DNA from: Clostridia bacterium
GTDB lineage: Bacteria > Bacillota > Clostridia > Peptostreptococcales > JAAYPU01
Direction: 5' to 3'
Assembly: GCA_016278615.1 (NCBI GenBank)
Contig: JADQBM010000037.1
Span: 12,939 to 76,938 of the forward strand
DNA length: 64,000 bases
Part shown: piece after piece, positions 58,680 to 64,000 of the stretch
How positions within the stretch are numbered: the first letter of the stretch is position 1
Layout: every line of letters begins with the position of its first letter
Made by a program: the position numbers and the translations under genes
Notes under the pieces: model-generated
Databases searched by the model: none
What the model was told of the DNA's origin: nothing
Seen by the model: the letters and a program-made list of their open reading frames with translations, nothing else

Positions 58680-60803
58680 ATGGAGTTTATTAAAGAGGTA
58701 AGAAATGCTGTAGATAAGAATAAATTAGTAGGACGAGAGAGAGAACTGATTTCCTTGGGTCCAATATTAGAAACAAAAAGTGACTATTCTCTAACAATTG
58801 TAACAGGGGAAGCTGGTGTCGGTAAAACTACGCTTTTACAGGTGTTTGCTGATTTAGCGAGCAATAGCGGTAGGTTCGAACCTTTTTGGATGGATTGCAG
58901 GAACATGGAGTTTTCAGTAGAGGGATTGACTGATTTATTGGGGAGATTTTTTTTACAGAAGGGCGATTTAAAAACAATTTGTGCTAAGATAGCAATGCTT
59001 CCATCAAAGCCCCTGCTTTTTTTTGATGCCTTTGAACATATTGGGCAGAAAGGGCAAACTGCTTTGGAGGTTCTTTCTTCTCTGGTCTCCCCCTATCTGC
59101 CGGTAATAATCGCTGGAAGACAAACTCCAATACCAGAGAACGTAAATGTAGTGCTTCTACCTTTGAAACCCTTCGGGTCCAAGTTAACTGTTGATTTTTT
59201 ATTAAAAAACAGTATTCCTGTTGAACTGACTGTAGAGGTTTATACTGTCACTCAAGGGAATCCGCTACTGCTAAATTTATTCTCTTGGTACTATCTTAAC
59301 CGTCAATCTGAACAAGCGCTTTATACCTTTAATGAAGGGCAAACTGAATTTATTTATCAGGTTGTTGCTGAGGTGGCTGATACCCAACTTCTACCTCTGA
59401 TTGAAGCTACCTCCCTGGTTTCCTCTTTTTCTAAAGAACTTCTGGAGACCATGTTGGGCAGTAGGATAAACCAAGAGCTTTTCCTTTCCCTATCAGAATT
59501 ATCATTTATTGCAACTTCTCCCAACAGCTTCTGGATGCATGAACTTGTAGCAAAGGCCTTTGCCATAACCTTAAAAAAGGATGCTCCTGAAAAGTATTTA
59601 AGCTACAAAAAGGCAGCTTTCCAGTATTACAGTAATAAAGCGAAACAGTCTAAAAAATGGCAAGCCCAAGAGCTGCGCTTAAAAAGAATGTACCTTTGTG
59701 AAAATGAATTAGCTCGAAGCATAATGTTTGCTCAGATGCATCTGGAAAGTTTTTCAGGTGTATTTCCGACATCAGTTGAAGATATCGCCCAAATACCTGA
59801 GATATGGCTAGCCTGGGTACAAAGCACCGCACTTCTTCCACAAAATTCAGGAGAAGCAATTGAAAAAGGTGTAAAAGACACTGAAAGACTGATGAAGTTG
59901 GACCCAGATTTTTTTCGTGTTATTAAGGATGATATGGGTAAATTGAAAGGATATCATACCACCTTTCCCGCTTGTAAAGAGACCATAGACTATTTACTGC
60001 AGTCTCCAGCCATGGCAGAATACTTTGAACAACTTCCTACAAAAGAGCTGAAAAAGATACAACAACAGTCTCCCAAAGATAGTAAAATCCATGTTATCCG
60101 CCATGTAGTTATTCCAGATCCGGCAGATATGGAAACCAGAAGTATTATTTTACAGGATATTGCAAAGTCCATGCGCAACGGGATACATTATATTACTTCC
60201 ATACCTCAAGATGTATACCAGATACTTGTTGACGGTTTAGGTTTTCGACAAATTAAAGGAATATATGATTATACTTTTCCTGAGCCTATACCTTTAGTAG
60301 AACTTGACTTCCAAACTGAAGATATTGATTTATGGCTGGAAAGAATTAGTCTGGGTTCAGCATTACCCCAGTGGATAACTATTCTGTCTCGGATGTCGCC
60401 CAAGGGATGGGTTGAGGCTGTAAAGGACGCTTTGGAACAATTAGACCAACCTAAACAATTAGCTCAAAATCCCTTTAGCTCCCTTGCTGCAGCCCTTAGT
60501 GGTGGAGAAAGTTCTTATTTGACAAAGGGGCTTGGCGAGGTATTAGTTGATGTACTGTCAGATTTTACTCAAAGGCTGTTGTCCAACAATAACGATCAAA
60601 GAACAAAAGGGCCTACGGACATGATGCTGGGTGAAATATTAATTCACACTTATTTTAAAAGGGTTGGAAGTCGGGAACAGGTGGCTGAATATCTGGGACT
60701 ACCCACTACTACTTATTATCGTTATCTACACCGGGCACAAGATAGGATTGGCGAACTGCTACGACAGGAAGCGGAAAAAATGTTGGTCCAGAGAAAGCAG
60801 TAA
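58680..60803 (+). CDS. STAND-type ATPase transcriptional regulator with C-terminal HTH (B)
   Basis: LVGREREL, GEAGVGKT, LFFDAFE, IIAGR, TQGNPLLL, MHELV, HTH EQVAEYLGLPTTTYYRYL. Confidence 0.82.
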   Translation: MEFIKEVRNAVDKNKLVGRERELISLGPILETKSDYSLTIVTGEAGVGKTTLLQVFADLASNSGRFEPFWMDCRNMEFSVEGLTDLLGRFFLQKGDLKTICAKIAMLPSKPLLFFDAFEHIGQKGQTALEVLSSLVSPYLPVIIAGRQTPIPENVNVVLLPLKPFGSKLTVDFLLKNSIPVELTVEVYTVTQGNPLLLNLFSWYYLNRQSEQALYTFNEGQTEFIYQVVAEVADTQLLPLIEATSLVSSFSKELLETMLGSRINQELFLSLSELSFIATSPNSFWMHELVAKAFAITLKKDAPEKYLSYKKAAFQYYSNKAKQSKKWQAQELRLKRMYLCENELARSIMFAQMHLESFSGVFPTSVEDIAQIPEIWLAWVQSTALLPQNSGEAIEKGVKDTERLMKLDPDFFRVIKDDMGKLKGYHTTFPACKETIDYLLQSPAMAEYFEQLPTKELKKIQQQSPKDSKIHVIRHVVIPDPADMETRSIILQDIAKSMRNGIHYITSIPQDVYQILVDGLGFRQIKGIYDYTFPEPIPLVELDFQTEDIDLWLERISLGSALPQWITILSRMSPKGWVEAVKDALEQLDQPKQLAQNPFSSLAAALSGGESSYLTKGLGEVLVDVLSDFTQRLLSNNNDQRTKGPTDMMLGEILIHTYFKRVGSREQVAEYLGLPTTTYYRYLHRAQDRIGELLRQEAEKMLVQRKQ

Positions 60804-60913
60804 AATCAATCATTTACGTCTGTAGGAATTCCACTATCAATAGTTAATTGATATGTTTTCGTTATTGCTATATACTAATATTGCATATTAAGTTTTACTA
60901 TGGGGTGATTATA

Positions 60914-61792
60914 ATGAAACTTTATTCCTCAGAGCTATTCAAAGAATTTCCTCCCGATATCCCAAAAATCGTAACCTCTTATTCCAGTGATAAAATAACC
61001 ATATTAAAAGCAAGAAATGTGTTTTCAGAACCCAAGGGATTTGGATGCTATAAATTTTTGCTTCCAGCAAAAAACATGCCTTTAGCAGTCGTAGAAAAAA
61101 AACAGTATCATTTAGAACAGAAAAAGATTTTTCCTGTGAATCCCGATCAGGTTCATTTGTTTACTGAGCAAAGATCCGTAGAACCTTTTGTCCCAATTTT
61201 TATTCAAAAAAAATATATGAGAGAATTTTCTCATATGCTTTCAGGAAAAAGTGAAATATTTTATAACAATGGATCCTTTAATTTGGATCCTCATATAACC
61301 GGTCTGGTGTGCCAATTCATGGAAGAGGCTACAAATAAACAAAGCGGCTATGAATTTATTCTCCAGAGCCTAAATACTCATATTATTATTCGTTTGTTAA
61401 GAAATGTAAGCAGTAACCTTTCATATGATTCAAAATCCAAAGAATATTATGATTTAAGAGTCGTCAAACAGACTCAAGAGTATCTTCACAACCATTTATG
61501 TTCTGAATTTTCATTAGAAGATTTAGCTGCTTTTGTAAACTATAGTCCCTATCACTTTATAAGAATTTTTAAAAAACACACTGGGAAGACTCCTTTTGAA
61601 TACCTAACAGAATTGAAAATTGAAAGGGCAAGAGACCTACTGGCATTAAAGACTTACTCCATTAGTGAAATTAGCATTTTATGTGGTTTTAGTAATCGCA
61701 CTCATTTTTCTACTGTGTTTAAAAGAATCGCAGGAACAACACCCTCTCAATATAGAGAAGCGAACTGTAAAACATCTCATTTGATCCTATGA
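60914..61792 (+). CDS. AraC-family transcriptional regulator
   Basis: SLEDLA...YSPYHFIRIFK, CGFSN..HF...FK...G.TP; start ATG 60914 after GGGGTGA. Confidence 0.92.
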   Translation: MKLYSSELFKEFPPDIPKIVTSYSSDKITILKARNVFSEPKGFGCYKFLLPAKNMPLAVVEKKQYHLEQKKIFPVNPDQVHLFTEQRSVEPFVPIFIQKKYMREFSHMLSGKSEIFYNNGSFNLDPHITGLVCQFMEEATNKQSGYEFILQSLNTHIIIRLLRNVSSNLSYDSKSKEYYDLRVVKQTQEYLHNHLCSEFSLEDLAAFVNYSPYHFIRIFKKHTGKTPFEYLTELKIERARDLLALKTYSISEISILCGFSNRTHFSTVFKRIAGTTPSQYREANCKTSHLIL

Positions 61793-61843
61793 AAGTAAGC
61801 TTATCGAATATTTATTATGGCAAAGAAAAAAGCCAAGAAATGT

Positions 61844-61972
61844 TTACTTAGCTTTTTTGCCTTTTCCTTTATTAGTGAACACGCTGGTTTTAGTGGCAAA
61901 ACCTTGTTCTGCGCTTTTCTTATTCTTTTCTTCAATAATCTTTTTCATGATTTCAAGGTTTTTATCGGACAT
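61844..61972 (-). CDS. 42-aa lysine-rich small protein (below the ORF-track size range)
   Basis: AAAGGAGG RBS then MSDKNLEIMKKIIEEKNKKSAEQGFATKTSVFTNKGKGKKAK*; hairpin AAAAAAGC...GCTTTTTT overlaps the 3' end. Confidence 0.75.
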   Translation of the reverse strand: MSDKNLEIMKKIIEEKNKKSAEQGFATKTSVFTNKGKGKKAK

Positions 61973-62094
61973 ATCAATTTTCCTCCTTTTACAAGATATC
62001 CATATGACGCTATCTTCTTATCTAATTATATTCATTTTCGTATCATTTGTAAATACACCACTAATTGAGAACAAATATCTATTAAAATTGTATG

Positions 62095-62898
62095 TTATTT
62101 ACTTTGTTTGCGCTTTACAAATAGGCCGGCGGCTATAAGCAACATAAGTGCACCTACTGCAATGTAGATCCATGAAAGCTCTGGTTTAGATGGTTCCTCA
62201 ATAGAATCAATATCAACCTCTATGCCATCAGAAGCCTCAGAAGTCTGATAAATTTCGGCTTGTTGGCCGTCAATTATTCTTACATTCTCTTCTCCAAAAA
62301 TATCGTAAAGATATTTAGCATTCTCTTCAGTATAGAGTGTAATGCCTATTTCTATATAATCATCAGAGGGACCCGTATGGGTAACTTTGAATCCTTTCTC
62401 TTTGATTTCTTCAGCATGGTCTTCAAAGAGGTAGTGGTCAATTTCCCTTTGTTGTTGTAAAATACCTTCATCAATTTCTCTTGGTTCTTGAGTTGAGTCT
62501 ATCATCCCATGCTCAGGCATATCCAAACCTCCTGACAGGAGCACCGCCTGTCTGCCTTCTACAACTTTTATCTGATCTTCTCCGAATATATCATAGAGAA
62601 TGACTTTAGAATCATAACTGAAAAGAGGCATATTATTCAAACCAAATAATATGAAACCAACATATTTAGTATATAACTTCTTTACATCATCAATTTTCAC
62701 TGAATTAGGATACTGATTTATAAATTTTTCTTGATTCATTGCTCTATCCAATACGTCATCCCATCCAATAACCAATCGCCATCCTTGGCAGACACATTAG
62801 TTGATTCAATTGCCGTGATATCAATATAGTGCCCTATATTAGGCGTTACATATGACCGATAGTTTTTATAAATTTCATAGTCTATGTTTGGGAAAAAT
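62095..62898 (-). pseudogene. Frameshifted, apparently chimeric gene remnant
   Basis: Upstream frame FFPNIDYEIYKNY...SAKDG continues into LVIGWDD only through a frameshift near 62777; the C-terminal half looks unrelated, with a duplicated YDIFGE motif and a TM anchor. Confidence 0.6.
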
Positions 62899-63017
62899 CA
62901 GGGTGTCCGCCACCTCCTAAAATTCCTAAATCATTATCTAATATTCCCTCTCTCAATAATTAATCCCCATTCAAACGAATTAATTAATAAATATACTCAT
63001 ATCTTAATGCCGTACAG

Positions 63018-63057
63018 AAAAAAAACCGCGTAGTATCTTTAAACTACACGGTTTTTT
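63018..63057 (-). terminator. Intrinsic, probably bidirectional terminator
   Basis: AAAAAACCGCGTAGT...ACTACACGGTTTTTT. Confidence 0.8.
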
Positions 63058-63192
63058 AAATTACTTACTCTTAATTTAGGCTTTGAAGAATGAGGCTTGC
63101 CTTAAGGCATAGCGATGACCACCAAATCAGAGATTTGGGCTCCCTGCTAACTCTAGGTGTGCTAGAATTGAGAAATGGAAGTTAGATATGGG

Positions 63193-64000
63193 CTATATCA
63201 AATTCGATTTCTGCAGCAGTCTTTGTACAATTATTGCGACCTCCGCCCTTGTGATATTATCCTTCGGAGCAATCAGATTGCCGTTTTTACCGGAAATTAT
63301 TCCGGTTTTTATGCAAGCCGAAATACTGTTCTTTGCATAGCTTGCTGATTTGTCCACATCCTCAAAACCTGCAAGAAGCTTATCAACTTCTCCTGTTTCG
63401 AATTCTACTTTTAGTCCGGTGATGTTCATAGCTCTTGCTATCATGGTCATTGCCTGCTCACGGGTAATTTTATCAATGGGTCCGAATTTATTGTTACCGT
63501 ATCCGGATATGATTTTGTATTCTGTTGCCGTTTTGACATAATCACAATACCAAGCAATATCACTGACATCCGTATACAGATTGCTGCCGGTTCCGGGTTT
63601 GAGTCCCAAGGCTCTGACTATTATTGCCGCGAATTCGGCACGGGTAATGTCCCTGTCAGGATCAAACATATCATTGCCCACTCCGCCGATAATCATTCTA
63701 GAACCCATATCATTGACAGCTTCTTTTGCCCAATGCTTTGTTACATCTTTGAATTCTATGGGATGCCATATGACAGAATAAGTACTGTTGGTCAGGCTGT
63801 TGATTTGTGCATAATATTTACCGTCAATAACAATTACCTTAGTAGGAACATGTCGTAACGTTCCATCTGAGTCCACAACAATCGCTGTCGTTATCTTTGA
63901 AGGGTCGGCACCGTCGGGTATGGCTACAGTTCTCTCGACATAGCTGTTGAACCGACTGATTTCCACAGTCTTGTCGCCATAGGTGCATTTCACCGAAAAA
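63193..64000 (-). CDS. SLH-domain surface protein, C-terminal part (5' end beyond window edge)
   Basis: Three SLH repeats (F.DV..HWA, ITRAEF, ITREQA, ITRAEV) preceded by RHVPT...INSLTNSTYSV. Confidence 0.9.
   Translation of the reverse strand, partial: FSVKCTYGDKTVEISRFNSYVERTVAIPDGADPSKITTAIVVDSDGTLRHVPTKVIVIDGKYYAQINSLTNSTYSVIWHPIEFKDVTKHWAKEAVNDMGSRMIIGGVGNDMFDPDRDITRAEFAAIIVRALGLKPGTGSNLYTDVSDIAWYCDYVKTATEYKIISGYGNNKFGPIDKITREQAMTMIARAMNITGLKVEFETGEVDKLLAGFEDVDKSASYAKNSISACIKTGIISGKNGNLIAPKDNITRAEVAIIVQRLLQKSNLI

Noticed and set aside
56834-60803. Avs-type antiphage STAND system
   Set aside because: No nuclease, TIR, SIR2 or protease effector and no TPR array seen; the C-terminal HTH indicates transcriptional regulators
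61817-62138. Plus-strand ORFs of 83 and 93 aa
   Set aside because: No RBS, Phe-rich shadow translations; the minus-strand 42-aa ORF has the strong RBS
63145-63187. Integron attC-like site (ATCTAAC...GTTAGCA) after the SLH stop
   Set aside because: About 43 bp, shorter than typical attC sites; imperfect GTTRRRY; single copy; no integrase in the window

Overview
Low-GC, spore-forming clostridial-type chromosome segment, mostly minus-strand genes; no rRNA, tRNA, CRISPR array or intact transposase was seen. Blocks in order: cfa (cut by the window edge), a split chromate transporter pair, an acidic stalk-domain protein, a DUF4153-like protein, a LysM protein, and selD-selU. At 9.5-21.3 kb is a lower lysine-fermentation-like module (kdd, two kce, kal, a Kat/HemL-like aminotransferase, CoA-transferase, TRAP transporter) with no aminomutase genes. 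It includes a sigma54 activator whose sensor is a full Kdd-like domain, a consensus -24/-12 promoter and three candidate 18-bp enhancer boxes. Next come feoB, a 16-gene polyol/pentulose catabolic cluster with ABC importer and a convergent YesM/YesN pair, a LysM deacetylase, and opuA with a long structured leader ending in a terminator (riboswitch candidate). At 50.5-64 kb is an accessory surface-protein region: a GLUG/RCC1/SLH mosaic protein and two related lipoproteins, divergent from tandem STAND-HTH regulators, then AraC, a 42-aa small ORF, a chimeric pseudogene and a partial SLH gene. Best novelty candidates: the Kdd-sensor sigma54/TRAP system, the opuA leader RNA and the tandem STAND locus. 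All calls rest on motif recognition by eye; no database searches were run.
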